A DNA stretch of 64,000 bases from Nemertoderma westbladi (lineage: Eukaryota > Animalia > Xenacoelomorpha). Under the pieces are notes generated by a model. The model saw only the letters and a list, made by a program, of their open reading frames with translations. It was not told the origin of the DNA and did no database searches. Every line of letters begins with the position of its first letter. Positions within the stretch are counted from its first letter, which is position 1. Shown piece by piece: positions 23,646 through 37,110 of this stretch. The stretch lies in assembly GCA_032718475.1 (NCBI GenBank), contig JAUCBJ010000630.1, positions 56,937 through 120,936 on the forward strand, given 5' to 3'. The position numbers and the translations under genes were made by a program.

Positions 23646-26600
23646 CCCTATAAGCATTTGACGTCTATTTTTACACCTCAACAGGTATGTGGACGTCATT
23701 TTACGTCAATTATGTTTGTTGCAAGAACTCAAAGTTTTGATGGTTGACGTAATTACGTAAAATTACGTCTTGAACACGTCTTGTTGACACGTTCCTGTAT
23801 GAGACTTATACATGGTGGATATAATTACCTAAAATGACGTCTTGATGGCACGTATCTGTGTGATACTTTTCATGTTGGAAATAATTATCTAAAATTACGT
23901 CTTGAGCACGTCTTAATGACACATCTACTTACCACTTATACCTACTGACTGACTACAGTATGAGTACAGTATATTTATATTAGTGGTGGGTATATTTTAG
24001 TTAGTTATTTATATAGGTGGTGGGTGTGAGTGGGTAGGAAAGTAATGAGGTGGGTGTGAGTGGGTAGGAAGGTTATATAGTGGGTGTGAGTGGATAGGAA
24101 GGTAATATGGTGGGTGTGAGTGGGTAGGAAGGTAATGTGGTGGGTATTGTGGGTAGGAAGGTAATGAGGTGGGTGTGAGTGGGTAGGGAGGTTATATAGT
24201 GGGTGTGAGTGGATAGGAAGGTAATATGGTGGGTGTGAGTGGGTAGGAAGGTAATGTGGTGGGTATTGTGCATTGTGGGTAGGAAGGTAATGTGGTGGGT
24301 GTGAGTGGGTAGGGAGGTAATGTGGTGGGTATTGTGGGTAGGAAGGTAATGAGGTGGGTGTGAGTGGGTAGGGAGGTTATATAGTGGGTGTGAGTGGATA
24401 GGAAGGTAATATGGTGGGTGTGAGTGGGTAGGAAGGTAATGTGGTGGGTGTGAGTGGGTAGGAAGGTAATGTGGTGGGTATTGTGGGTAGGAAGGTAATG
24501 AGGTGGGTGTGAGTGGGTAGGGAGGTTATATAGTGGGTGTGAGTGGATAGGAAGGTAATATGGTGGGTGTGAGTGGGTAGGAAGGTAATGTGGTGGGTAT
24601 TGTGGGTAGGAAGGTAATGTGGTGGGTGTGAGTGGGTAGGGAGGTAATGTGGTGGGTATTGTGGGTATGAAGGTAATATGGTGGGTGTGAGTGGGTAGGA
24701 AGGTAATATGGTGGGTGTGAGTGGGTAGGAAGGTAATATGGTGGGTGTGAGTGGGTAGGAAGGTAATGTGGTGGGTATTGTGGGTAGGAAGGTAATGTGG
24801 TGGGTGTGAGTGGGTAGGGAGGTAATGTGGTGGGTATTGTGGGTATGAAGGTAATATGGTGGGTGTGAGTGGGTAGGAAGGTAATATGGTGGGTGTGAGT
24901 GGGTAGGAAGGTAATATGGTGGGTGTGAGTGGGTATGAAGGTAATATGGTGGGTGTGAGTGGGTAGGAAGGTAATGTGGTGGGTATTGTGGGTAGGAAGG
25001 TAATGAGGTGGGTGTGAGTGGGTAGGAAGGTAATATGGTGGATGTGAGTGGGTTGGAAGGTAATGAGGTGGGTGTGAGTGGGTAGGAAGGTAATGAAGTG
25101 GGTGTGAGTGGGTAGGAAGGTAATGAGGTGGGTGTGAGTGGGTAGGGAGGTTATATAGTGGGTGTGAGTGGATAGGAAGGTAATATGGTGGGTGTGAGTG
25201 GGTAGGAAGGTAATGTGGTGGGTATTGTATTGTGGGTAGGAAGGTAATGTGGTGGGTGTGAGTGGGTAGGGAGGTAATGTGGTGGGTATTGTGGGTAGGA
25301 AGGTAATGAGGTGGGTGTGAGTGGGTAGGGAGGTTATATAGTGGGTGTGAGTGGATAGGAAGGTAATATGGTGGGTGTGAGTGGGTAGGAAGGTAATGTG
25401 GTGGGTGTGAGTGGGTAGGAAGGTGATGTGGTGGGTATTGTGGGTAGGAAGGTAATGAGGTGGGTGTGAGTGGGTAGGGAGATTATATAGTGGGTGTGAG
25501 TGGATAGGAAGGTAATATGGTGGGTGTGAGTGGGTAGGAAGGTAATGTGGTGGGTATTGTGGGTAGGAAGGTAATGTGGTGGGTGTGAGTGGGTAGGGAG
25601 GTAATGTGGTGGGTATTGTGGGTATGAAGGTAATATGGTGGGTGTGAGTGGGTAGGAAGGTAATATGGTGGGTGTGAGTGGGTAGGAAGGTAATATGGTG
25701 GGTGTGAGTGGGTATGACGGTAATATGGTGGGTGTGAGTGGGTAGGAAGGTAATATGGTGGATGTGAGTGGGTTGGAAGGTAATGAGGTGGGTGTGAGTG
25801 GGTAGGAAGGTAATGAAGTGGGTGTGAGTGGGTATGAAGGTAATATGGTGGGTGTGAGTGGGTAGGAAGGTAATATGGTGGGTGTGAGTGCGTAGGAAGG
25901 TAATGAGGTGGGTGTGAGTGGGTAGAAAGGTAATGAAGTGGGTGTGAGTGGGTAGGAAGGTAACATAGTGGTGTGAGTGGGTAGGAAGGTAATATGATGG
26001 GTGTGAGTGTGTACGAAGGTAATGAGGTGGGTGTGAGTGGGTAGGAAGGTAATATAATGGGTGTGAGTGGGTAGGAAGGTAATATGGTGGGTGTGAGTGG
26101 GTAGGAAGGTAATATGGTGGGTGTGAGTGGTGCTATTGCGCACTCTGAGTATACCACCAATGACAAGAAAATGGCCAAATTGACCCATTAGACTGAATTT
26201 TTGGACAAAATGAATCGGCGCAATCGATTTCTAGCGTATAAAATAGTCGGAAACCACTTTCAGATTAAATAGTTGAAAATAGTAAGACGCCCCTATTATC
26301 TTTGCTAATAATTTTTTCCCCTCCATCTTGTAATTTTTATATTCGTTTCCAACTCAAACTTGTGCTAAATATATCAGTACTATTTTAATTTGTGTTTATT
26401 AGTTGTTAATTAACAATTTATTCGGATATTAAATTTATCGTCCGTTGGTTACATTATATAATAATGTTTTTTCTTTATTATATAGTATGAACAAACACCG
26501 TCAAGAAAGTAAAATCAATTTCAATCATAACTGTCATGGATCTAAGCGATGTAAAAAGCGACGCGTAAGTGCTTGTGTGGTGTAGTTATTTGAATTTGGC

Positions 26601-26863
26601 GTCTGTTATTGTTACAGTACGTGTCTAGCACGTCATTTGACGTGCTTGTGTGGTGTTCCAGTGTAGTATTTGACGTCTGATGACGTAATTGACACGTGTC
26701 TAACAAGTCATTTGACATAAACTGTAGCACGTCATGGTTTGTCGTGCTCAAACACGTGTTTGACACTTCCAAAATACACGTGGCCAAGACGTCATTTTCA
26801 ACACGTTGACGTCAAATAATTACGTCGTGTCCACGTGTTTTTGACGTGTTAATGCTTATAGGG
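23646..26863. mobile_element. Non-autonomous CCC-terminal (CMC/EnSpm-like) DNA element carrying a minisatellite
   Basis: 13-bp TIR CCCTATAAGCATT, TT flanks on both sides, ACGTC-rich subterminal repeats at both ends. Confidence 0.65.
24017..26130 (+). repeat. G-rich 26-30-bp minisatellite (ggtgggtgtgagtgggtaggaaggtaatat)
   Basis: About 70 tandem units; source of the spurious Pro/Thr/His ORFs on the minus strand. Confidence 0.95.
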
Positions 26864-27439
26864 TTGTTTACCGTAGTTACCAGGTTAATTTGCTGAGTTT
26901 CAAAACCAATTCCGGTTTTTTTGTAGTTACGTCGCATGACTACGAGTTCCACTGACATCACTAAACCATCATCGGATATGTGGGGGGGGGGGGGGGCTGT
27001 GGTGGGGGGCCTGGGGCCTTGCCCCCCCCCCCCCCCCCCCCTAAATACGGCCCTGAAGCTACTACTATTGATTGAATGGATAGGCCCAAACTGCACAGAA
27101 GTCTTGCCAAGTTTAGTAAGGTTGTGTTTACTCAGTTAACTCTATCCCAGACAATAATCAAACATAACTGAGTTTGTAACCGCCAGCTGAATAGCTCTTC
27201 CCAGTGAATCCTATGGGAATATCTATATTGTTACTCACTGGGCCGTTCATATGTTTTATAGTTTAGTAATAATGACATTTTGGGGCTGGGATTTCTCTCG
27301 TAGCTGTAGGCAAAGCTGTTCAATTTGGAGGGACCCATCTACAGAACGTTTGTCTTCTTATAGCCAGCTCGCTGGCTTTTCTAGTTAATAAATGGTTTAA
27401 AAATAACAATATTTATTATGTAAGGAATGTAAGGAAGAC

Positions 27440-27640
27440 ATGCCTCAAGTACGTCGCCGAACCGTGCAACGAGCCGCCGATTTCCGCAACAGTGCAGTGG
27501 CTGGGTTTCCAGCCTCCCTTGTGCCGAGCATAACCTTGACCTTTCCCCACAAGAGTTCCGGGATGCGCTGGCCATCCGCTATGGTCGCCCCCTCGTCTCC
27601 TTTCCCAGCCGGTGCGATGGTTGTGGGGCCCCCTGAGTAA
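27440..27640 (+). mobile_element. Fragment of a CRE-like non-LTR retrotransposon
   Basis: An alternative frame reads HNLDLSPQEFRDALAIRYGRPLVSFPSRCDGCGAP, like the pre-zinc-knuckle region of RLE-type elements (recognised from memory). Confidence 0.5.
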
Positions 27641-29057
27641 TACAGTAATTATGAGACAGACTGGATGTCATATGGAATGAGATAAAATATATGGGTATTA
27701 AATTTAAATTTAGAGGAAATATATGGGTATTAAAAGGGCCAGAGTGGATGTGAAGTGAAATAAAATATGTATTATTAAAAGCATTATATGTCGTTATCTA
27801 TGGGTATAAATCATCTATTTATCATCGAGATGAGAGTTATTGTTTCAACAGATCATTAAGACATAGCTGCAAAACATTGTCCAGCTACAAGAATTATCAA
27901 TTGAGTAATGTTTAAATTAATGAAGTATCTCCAAAATATAACGATCAGACGAGATTTAAGCCCTAAATGGTTCGTGAAATTGATTCGCTTTAGTAGTATA
28001 TTAGCAATGTGGTACTCGGGACCAAAAGTTTTGTTCTGACTTGCATTTTTTCGGCCGCATAATATAATTGATGGCGAATTGTCTATGGAACCAGAGCACT
28101 ACTTCCCTAATGTTTATTTTATTTCGAAATAAATTAAATAGCCATTTCATGAAAGATATTTCATTAAGTGTTTGTATGTTATTGTGAAATAATTATACTT
28201 TTAATGAATAATTATTATCATATCAAACAAGTTGGCCTTTTCATTCGGGTACAGTCATGAGCCGAAACGTCCAGGCCGAATCGTCCGGGCCGAAATGTCC
28301 AGGCCGAAACGTCCTGGACCTAAACGTTCGAGGCCGAAACGTCTGTATACCACATACGCCATCAGTACACGGTTTATATAGTTGCTAATAGCCTGGCCTT
28401 AAGATGATTCCCTTAAATTTTTATGTGTATTGTTATTGTTTATGTTTGTTGTTATGATATTAAATTTATTAAATAGAATAAAATAACTTCGCGCAGGTGC
28501 AAAACCATGCCACTGTTTAACCCTCAAAAAAAAAATGTTTCAATAATATAAAGATGCTGAGCGATTTTCTACTTAGTCACTATATAAAATTATGTGCTAT
28601 CTTATTGGTAAACTTTATTGTAGGCTCTTTCTGTCGATTTTATTACTTAGCTCTATTTATTTGTACATTGATAATGGTTTAAGTAATAAACAGAAACGTC
28701 TGCATGTATCACTATTTCGGTTCATCAGTTTATCATTTATCGGTTTATCAGTATTGCTAGTATAGCGCAATGTATTGTATGTGAGTGCCGGGCAGGTTGG
28801 TAGGGTGTGGTGGGGTAGCAAAAAGGTTTTATTAGAACAGATTGCAGCTCACGCCTCTCCAGCCAAATACAATAAGTTGCTTGCTGTGTCAATGGAATTA
28901 AATAAAAGTTATGATGAATAAACAGCGCTCCGTTGCCGGAAATATGAGATACACAATTATAAAGAAAAGGTTTCGCTCGGGAATGATACAACATCGACAA
29001 GAAAGCATTAATTCTTCCTCTGATGAAAAACATCAGAGGCATCAGAGGAAGAAGTAC

Positions 29058-29120
29058 AGGTTCTACCGAGATTCGAACTCGGATTGCAGGATTCAGAGTC
29101 CTGAGTGCTAGCCATTACAC
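29058..29120 (-). pseudogene. 5'-truncated tRNA-Gln(CTG)
   Basis: Identical to the intact copies but lacks the first ~9 nt; fused at ACAC to a foldback TIR. Confidence 0.8.
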
Positions 29121-29840
29121 TAGCCGAACAAGCCTGAAATCAGATAAATCATGGTACCGGCACCGGTATAGCAGTATTGTGAGCAATCTTGAGGATTGCG
29201 CGGGTATTATTTATTAAGTTCTTGTGTTAGCTTATTCAATCCCGCCAACACCCCATAAAGTTATTAGCCGATAAGCAATATTGGGAGCTATGAGATTGGG
29301 CAATTAACCAACTCGTGCCAATCCCAATAAGAGTGGGAAGGAAGCACACAACAGAGGGTCAGGGGCCAAACCCCTAACCCAGAGAGAACAGGTGGAGTGA
29401 ACGGGAATACTCCACGGGGCGCCAACAAGGGTATTAACCAATCAGAGGGGGGAATGGCATCGATTGAGTAGCAGTAAGGCCACCGTGCAATATAACCAAT
29501 AACCTATTAATCAGTGATTCAGTTATCTCAGTGCAGCAGTGCTAGCGTAGGGTACAGCCAATTAGTTTAGTTAGGGGATCACGGGACTTTAGTTACCGTA
29601 TCCCGCCTTGTACACATTCACAATATATCTATATCTTATAACCTCTTATTATACACCGAACTTCAGAACTCAATTATCTTTACTTCACCCTTACACACGG
29701 CGGGGACGCGTGGACTAAATACCACACCGGATAAATCGGGATCCCTCCTGGATCCCGTCACAGTAACTAAATCCGAGCTGCCGCCCCAGTTAAACTCTGA
29801 GAACTACACCTAGCTAGCCGAATCATCAGCCACAAACGAG

Positions 29841-32800
29841 ATGAGTGAATCGGGCGAGACACCGACGCGGACCCCGGACGAAGACCTAACGATCCGCGAG
29901 GCCGCGACCAAACGATACAGGCCCACGACGCCGGAGCCATCGATAACGGGCGAACCGGAAGCACAGGACGAGGAGGGCCTGGAACCCGAAGTCGAGCCAA
30001 GAGAGAGAGAGAGCGAGACGGAGGGAGAGGGAGATGAGTCGACACGGGACGGAGAACGGCGCGCCGATGTCGCCGGCCAGCTACCGGCCGAGGGCGACGA
30101 GCGGCCCACCGAAACGGCGACGGTGGGGCCGACGGTGCGACGCCGGACACGAAGAGACGGAGGAGAGATCGGTACCAATGTCGCCGGCCAGCTACAGGCC
30201 GAGGGCGACGGACGGCCCACCGGAACGGCGACGGTGGAGCCGCCGGTACGACGTCGAACCCGGAGGGACGGAGGAGAGGTCGGCGACGAGGACGTCGGGG
30301 TTTCTGAGCGACTTCGACGGGCCTACAACGCGACCCGGAAGCTGATAAACGACGCCAAGAAGGAAGGGGCGAAGGTAGACGAGGTGAGACTGAGAAAGCG
30401 ACTAGGTGAGTCGGATAAACACTTAAATTACCTAATACGTTTTGGGCAGAGAGAACTGGCCGGGGAGAGAGCAGAAAGGATAGCAGGCGAACTGTTTGAA
30501 CTATGGGAGTGTGGGAGTATGGAACCTAGCGTAGCGTCAGTGTACATAGGGCCATACTTGGTCGATGCCCGGGGAGTGAAACCAGTGGGTTGGAAGGGAC
30601 CCGAAGAGGGCGAATCCGAGGTTAACACCGAGGATTCGGCCTCCTCGGTCGGAGAAAGCTCCGGAAAGGGGGAGAAAGTTAGTAGGTCGGGAAGGCGGGG
30701 GAAGTCCGTCGTAACCGATAAGTCTGCTACATCCTCCGCGAAAGAAAGAGCGGTGAGAAAAATAGGAGCCGCATACCGTCTCAGCATGGCAGAGCAAGGT
30801 CAGAGAGAAATGAAGGAACGGCTAGAGGAGGGAAGAGTGCGGTTAGAGAGGGAAACGGTATTGCTTAGAGAAACCGGAGAAAGGGCCGAAAGGGCTTTGA
30901 AAAGCCTAAGGGAGTATGATGAGATAGAGGAAAGGGAGTGTAGGGAGCGTGAAGCGAGAGAGGAAAAGGAACGCGAGGAGCGTGAGGCGAGAATGGAAAA
31001 GGAACGCAAGGAGCGTGAAGCGAGAGAGGAAAAGGAACGCGAGGAGCGTGAGGCGAGAATGGAAAAGGAACGCAAGGAGCGTGAAGCGAGAGAGGAAAAG
31101 GAACGCAAGGAGCGTGAGGCGGAACGCAAGGAACGTGAGGCGGGAATGGAAAAGGAACGCAAGGAGCGTGAGGCGAGAAAGGAAAAGGAACGCAAAGAGC
31201 GTGGGGCGAGACGAAGGGAGAGCATTAAGAGTGCCGCAGACTCGGCCATCAAGGACACCCAGGAGCGTGAGGGGATAGTGGCAAAGAGTGAAAAGGAGCG
31301 CAAGGAATTAGAGAAACGGCAGAGTGAGTATGCGAAAAATATAATTAGAGGGACGCACGAGTTGGAATACGTGCGAGTGGGACCGCCGTCTGAAACTGGG
31401 GCCGGCTCGAGTATTTTTGAGGAGCCGAGGGCCGTAGATGTATTTGTTAATACTCCACTGACAGGGACCGCACGACAGACCCGAGACTGGTGCGACCGTA
31501 CGGGCGGGGGGGGGTAATAATAATGGTACGGTAGACGTTGTTGATATTAATAGTACCGTATGGGATAACGCTAATCAAACCTTTATTACAGGAAATACTT
31601 TGCCTGGTGGTAGTAATTTAAATTTAAATCAGAACAATCCCAGTGTTAATGTAGAAAATAATCCTAATATTGATGTAGTTACGCAAAATAATTCAAATAA
31701 TCAAAATAATAACTCGAATTCGGACCTACAAAATAACTTAAATAACGCAATTACACAGAATAATTCGAATAATTCAAATAATGATCTTAGCCCGAATTTA
31801 CAAAATAATTCAGATAACGTAGTCGCGCAGAATAATACAAATGATTTTGTTTCAAATGAGCAAATTAATTCCGTTTCCAATATGGGTGAGGCTATTAATG
31901 TAAACACGTCGGGCCACGTAGTTAGTAGACAGGGAGCAGAGGGCCTGGTAGGCCACGTAGTTAGTAGACAGAGAGTAGAGGGCCTGGTAGGCCACGTAGT
32001 TGGTAGGCAGGGAGCGGAGGGCCTGGAAGGCCACGCAATAGCAGAGGGAGAGGCGGGGGTGAATAGACCCGACTGTGGTAGGGTTGATGTGTCGACTAGA
32101 GAGATATATAGTAGCGGGGCGAGAGGTAGCGAACTTAGATGTAGCGAGTGGGGGGGGGGCTACGAGCACCCCACAACAGAAAGTTAGCGGCGAGAGGGGG
32201 GGGGCAGAGAGTGTCCCACAGCCGTCAGCGGACAATGCGAGGGCCGAACAAGGTAAACCGCAACAACCGGCGACGGAGAGTAATAGGGGGATTGCGAGTA
32301 TCCCCGGCGACGTGCGATCGACCAGAGAAAGACAGGTTGACGTCGCGGGAGGGCAGACGGAGCGTCGAGCCCGATCAGAGGAGGAAAGAAGAACAGTGGG
32401 GTTTAACCGGGAGGTCGACGAGAGATCTCGTGAGCGGGAGTGTTCCACTGATAGGAGAAGAGAGGAAGAGAGTAGTAGAAGTATCGCCGCAAACGATAGA
32501 AGAACGAGGACGGACAGCGAGCCGTCGGTAGCCGAGGTGAGAACGGAGAGTCAGTGGGGTCGGACTCCGGGAGATTGCCGTCGCCCCGGAGGGATGCGAT
32601 CCGGTGAGACGCATTACGCGCCGAGAGAGGGGTACGCGATGTACCGGTACGAAGATGAAAACAGTGGAGAGGGGGGTCGAAGAGAAACTTTCCGACGGAA
32701 TATACCTACCGATCGAGAATACGGTAGCCGCAGGGAGGATTATTCGAGAAGAATAAACTTCGATCCCGAGCAACACATGCAGACTGTAGGGCATACTGTA

Positions 32801-33082
32801 GGTCTTACTGCACATACCGTAGGCCATACTGAGAGAGGCGATGTAGGCGATAGGATAGCGCGGACAACGGGATTAAACCCGGAAGTTGCGGAATACATAC
32901 CGGCGAGTAGGCCAGAAGCTGATAGGCCTATACCGGTACCAGCACAGCAGTATGACTACAGCATGCAGGGACATAACATATACCCAGGGGAGGGGGGAAT
33001 TATTGCGGATAGGTGTATGGGCCCCAACATATTAACATCAACCCCAGTACCAGACATACCGGTGGGGGGGGGGACAGGGTGA
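29841..33082 (+). CDS. Long N-terminal Gag-region ORF pieces (E/R-rich coiled coil, Asn-rich), broken near G homopolymers
   Basis: ORFs 29841-31517, 31600-32187 and 32075-33082 abut at G-runs; N-terminus homologous to ORF 49204-49848 of the related element. Confidence 0.6.
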
Positions 33083-33194
33083 CATTCCCCCATCACAATA
33101 TCAACAATATACCCCGACAGGAACAAGAACAACGAGACCCCTAGATGAAAACAGGTCGTGTGATACAGACATATGGAGGGGGCCGCTACCCCCG

Positions 33195-35798
33195 ATGACA
33201 TATCCGAGTCAGAGAAGATCAAGAAATAGGACGGACGAACCGCACCAGACAGGGGAAACTATACAGCACCCGTCGAATCCATTAGAAGCGCAGGCAATGG
33301 GGATGGCCACGTTGATCGATGCCTTGAAAACGAGGATCGAATTACCACCCGTGGAACCGTTCAAATTCGATGGGAGCAGGCCGGAAGAATACTTACAGTT
33401 TCGGCGAATGTATAGTAACGAAATACTAACAAAAAACTTGACGCAGGCGGAGTGCCTAAAGTATCTACAAGTGTACACGGGAGGCCCAGCATACGACATC
33501 GTGAGGCAATACCAAGGGATAGAGGGCGGCTTCACGACAGCATGGCGGGCACTGGATAGGGAATACGGGCACCCGGCCAAGATCATCAGGCAAACGCTGA
33601 GAGGCATAACATCGGGTGGCCTACAGGATAATCCCGTTAGCATTAAGACGTTTGCTAACAAAGTCGAGAAGGCGCTGATCGTGCTGAAGACGTTAGACGC
33701 GCCATACGAACTCAACGCGTCCAATAACATCACCACGATAGCGCAGGCACTACCGAGCTGGCTGCGCAACAAATGGAGGAAGGTCGCTTTCTCCACCCGA
33801 GACAAGAAGGGTGCGGAACCAGGTTTAGAAGAAATGTCAAACTTCTTAAATTACGAGGCTGAACTAATAACGGACCCAGTCTATAGTGAAGATAGCCTGG
33901 GAAAGGGACCAAAGACAGATCATTACAGGCCCAAACCAGAGCACAATACATCAAACGCATTGCCGAGGCTCAGACAATCATTGCCATACGCAGCGACGCA
34001 GGGGACTGCAAGTCCACAGACAAACGAAGATAAGACAACATCAAGGGACGGACAGGGGAACAATAACAACATGAATAAACATAACCCCAGTACGTCCAGT
34101 AGGTCAAACCCAGTCAATAAGAATAGTAGGGACTTTGGTACGAATATAACTGCGATACGCAATGCATTGTATAAAGAGGGCTATGACCCAAAGAGCAAAT
34201 GCCAGTTACACGCAAATGCGCTTCATAAAACCATGAACTGCAGGTACTGGCAGGCGCTACCGAGGCAAGACCAGATAGATTACGCGTCGAGCAATAAAAT
34301 CTGCTCGCGATGTGTGAAGAGTGGACACAAGGCCAGGGAATGCCAAGAGAAGCCGGTCAAGTTTGGCCAAAGGAGAGGCCAAACGATGGCAACGAGCACA
34401 GTAGGGGCGAAGAAGAGAGGAACAGTGCTACTTGGAGTAGTACCAGTACGAGTGATCGGGGAAGGCAATCGATCAGTAACAACACTAATGCTGGTTGATA
34501 GTGGAGCTGCCTTCACATTAGTTGAGGAATGGGTAGCCGAAGAAATAGGGTTGAGAACGAGGCCAAGCAGGATGGCGGTGACAACCATCTCTAACAAAGA
34601 CGAGATCCTAGAGATGAGGACAGGACGGTGCGCAATTGCAGCAGTAGCACCAGGATGCGATTATGGGGCAACCATCGACCCCATCCAAGTAATAGAGTCA
34701 ATTAACATCAATGCCAGGCGGCCAACCAACATCGAGGTCGAGCAATACAAATTCCTGGACGGCATTGACTTCTCGATCCCAGACGTGGACGTTAGGAAGG
34801 TATCCATCATAGTAGGAATGGACTGCCCGACGGCCCACGAAAGAATGCAAACGGTCTTCGGCGAAGACAAGCAGAGTGACCCGGTGGCCATATTAACACC
34901 ATTCGGGTGGACACTGACAGGCCCAATTAAGAGTAATATACCATTCAATGTGTCCGAGAGTTCAGGATGCATGGTGCCAGGAACCGACGAGATAGAGGAG
35001 AGGTCAGAGATGGGCAATAGTGGTAGACAGCTAGAAGTAGAAGCAACACCAAGAGAGTGGGCGGAGGAGAATGGTATGGATGCAGAAGATCTGGAGACGA
35101 TGGGTTGGAATAAGGGTCCCAGCAAGTATCGGTATGGAGATGGAGAGGAGCGGACGGTGGAGTGTCGGGAGGACAAACCGGAGAAGTGTCCGGTGGAGTG
35201 TCCAGAGGAGCGTCCGAAAGAGACGCCGGTCCGGTTGAGAGGCATACCAACAAGGGGGAAGCCGAGTAAGAATACAAGAGGGAAAGGGAGAAGATGTGAG
35301 ACGATCAGACCAGGGGCAGAGAAGCCCATGAATAAACATATGGTGGACAAAGGAGGCGGGAGAGTAGGAGGCGTGCTGCGTACGCACGCGGAACCGACAG
35401 AGTGCGAGGGGGCATTACATGGGCAGACATCGTGTATACCGAAGGACGAACGGGGGTCGTTGAAGCCTTTAATGCCAGCACACATATTAAGGGGGAGGCC
35501 AACAGAGGTGGCATCTAAAATTAAGGAGAAGAACAGGGGCGGCATTATACCGCCGGGTGACACGTTGAAGGGTGGCACTTTGCCGCCAAGGGACGACCAC
35601 GAGATCAGAAACATAAATAGGAGACAGCATTTGCCAAAACAGGAGAAAAGACCACCTATCGAATTGACAAGGAGAGTGGAGCGAAGAATTAGAGAACCTA
35701 TAGGGGGGCAGTGGGAGAGTTGCCTGCTGGAGGAATCACCCCTTGGGTCGCTGAGTTGTCCAACAGGTTGGACTGGGATGGAAGAGTTAGATCCGTAA
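33195..35798 (+). CDS. BEL/Pao Gag (DUF1759-like, CCHC knuckle) + aspartic protease; no RT/RNase H
   Basis: FDGSRPEEY..F, CSRCVKSGHKAREC, LVDSGAAFTLV, TPFGWTLTGP; distal LKPLMPAHILRGRP resembles the BEL post-integrase LTP.H.L.GR motif. Confidence 0.85.
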   Translation: MTYPSQRRSRNRTDEPHQTGETIQHPSNPLEAQAMGMATLIDALKTRIELPPVEPFKFDGSRPEEYLQFRRMYSNEILTKNLTQAECLKYLQVYTGGPAYDIVRQYQGIEGGFTTAWRALDREYGHPAKIIRQTLRGITSGGLQDNPVSIKTFANKVEKALIVLKTLDAPYELNASNNITTIAQALPSWLRNKWRKVAFSTRDKKGAEPGLEEMSNFLNYEAELITDPVYSEDSLGKGPKTDHYRPKPEHNTSNALPRLRQSLPYAATQGTASPQTNEDKTTSRDGQGNNNNMNKHNPSTSSRSNPVNKNSRDFGTNITAIRNALYKEGYDPKSKCQLHANALHKTMNCRYWQALPRQDQIDYASSNKICSRCVKSGHKARECQEKPVKFGQRRGQTMATSTVGAKKRGTVLLGVVPVRVIGEGNRSVTTLMLVDSGAAFTLVEEWVAEEIGLRTRPSRMAVTTISNKDEILEMRTGRCAIAAVAPGCDYGATIDPIQVIESININARRPTNIEVEQYKFLDGIDFSIPDVDVRKVSIIVGMDCPTAHERMQTVFGEDKQSDPVAILTPFGWTLTGPIKSNIPFNVSESSGCMVPGTDEIEERSEMGNSGRQLEVEATPREWAEENGMDAEDLETMGWNKGPSKYRYGDGEERTVECREDKPEKCPVECPEERPKETPVRLRGIPTRGKPSKNTRGKGRRCETIRPGAEKPMNKHMVDKGGGRVGGVLRTHAEPTECEGALHGQTSCIPKDERGSLKPLMPAHILRGRPTEVASKIKEKNRGGIIPPGDTLKGGTLPPRDDHEIRNINRRQHLPKQEKRPPIELTRRVERRIREPIGGQWESCLLEESPLGSLSCPTGWTGMEELDP

Positions 35799-35959
35799 AA
35801 GGTGCGGGCAGAGGTGTTACCTGTCTTCTAGAAGGGGCACCTTAAATTAGAGTTAGTGTGAAGTTTATTCGTCCAAGTTTTGGACTGAGGGGGGTGGGAT
35901 TGAGGGCGAGACGCCCTTCCCACACAAATAAAATAAAATAAAATAAAAATAAATAAAAG

Positions 35960-36615
35960 TTAGTTGGTTAGTAGGTACGTAGTACCTAGAGTTAGTTAGT
36001 TAGTAGGTACGTAGTACCTAGAGTTAGTTAGTTAGTAGGTACGTAGTACCTAGAGTTAGTTAGTTAGTAGGTACGTAGTACCTAGAGTTAGAGTTAGTAG
36101 GTACGTAGTACCTAGTTAGAGTTAGAGTTAGTAGGTACGTAGTACCTAGTTAGAGTTAGAGTTAGAGGGTACGTAGTACCTAGTTAGAGTTAGAGGGTAC
36201 GTAATGCCTAGTTAGAGTTAGAGTTAGAGGGTAGGTAGTACCGATAGAGTTAGAGTTAGTAGGTACGTAGTACCTAGTTAGAGTTAGAGTTAGAGGGTAC
36301 GTAGTACCGATAGTTAGAGAGTTAGTAGGTACGTAGTACCTAGTTAGAGTTAGAGTTAGAGGGTACGTAATACCTAGTCAGAGTTAGAGTTAGAGGGTAG
36401 GTAGTACCGATAGAGTTAGAGTTAGTAGGTACGTAGTACCTAGTTAGAGTTAGAGTTAGAGGGTACGTAGTACCGATAGTTAGAGAGTTAGTAGGTACGT
36501 AGTACCTAGTTAGAGTTAGAGTTAGAGGGTACGTAGTACCGATAGTTAGAGAGTTAGTAGGTACGTAGTACCTAGTTAGAGTTAGAGTTAGAGGGTACGT
36601 AGTACCATTAGTTAG
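35960..36615 (+). repeat. Internal tandem repeat of the BEL element (gttagtaggtacgtagtaccta/gttaga variants)
   Basis: Direct inspection; an analogous (actcta)-rich tract lies at 47460-47940 in the related element. Confidence 0.85.
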
Positions 36616-37110
36616 AAAGAGAGAGTAAGAGGTAAAAGGGGTAAAATAGGATATAGATATTAGATAGCAGTAAGTAGAGTTAGTAGTGAGAGGGGGGCAT
36701 ATGAGTGCAGCTGGATAAATCGTGTGGCCACACGACGCATACTGCTGTACTGCATAGGCCCACTGAGTAGGCCAGAATATGGATCAGAGAGAGAATAGAA
36801 TAAATCCATAGGCAGTAGTAAGTACTAGGACAGTAGAATCAAAGCAAATAAATAAATAAATAGAATAGGGCTAAAAATCGAAAAATAGTGGTAACACAAA
36901 GAAAGTCGTTCTAGAACATAATAAAAGTAACGGACGGAAATTGCAAATTAGGCTGATTTACTAGCTCCGAAATTAATTAGATTAAATTAAGCTTGAAAGG
37001 CGCAGTTAAGTAGAAAAGTAGGCCATTATCGAACTGTAGGAAACATCTCAATACATCACTCATCTGTATTGCGCCTTGGTAAGGCACCACCCTACAGGTG
37101 AGCGAGTGTA

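Noticed and set aside
24017-26130. Telomere-like array
   Set aside because: The unit is 26-30 bp, not a short telomeric repeat, and is enclosed in a TIR element
25334-26188. 284-aa and 231-aa Pro/Thr/His-rich ORFs
   Set aside because: Translations of the G-rich minisatellite
28258-28346. Short ggccgaaacgtcc tandem motif
   Set aside because: Looks like an ordinary dispersed-repeat internal motif; no termini or function could be supported
29841-31517. Host trichohyalin-like gene
   Set aside because: Lies inside the LTR pair and is homologous to the Gag leader of the second BEL element
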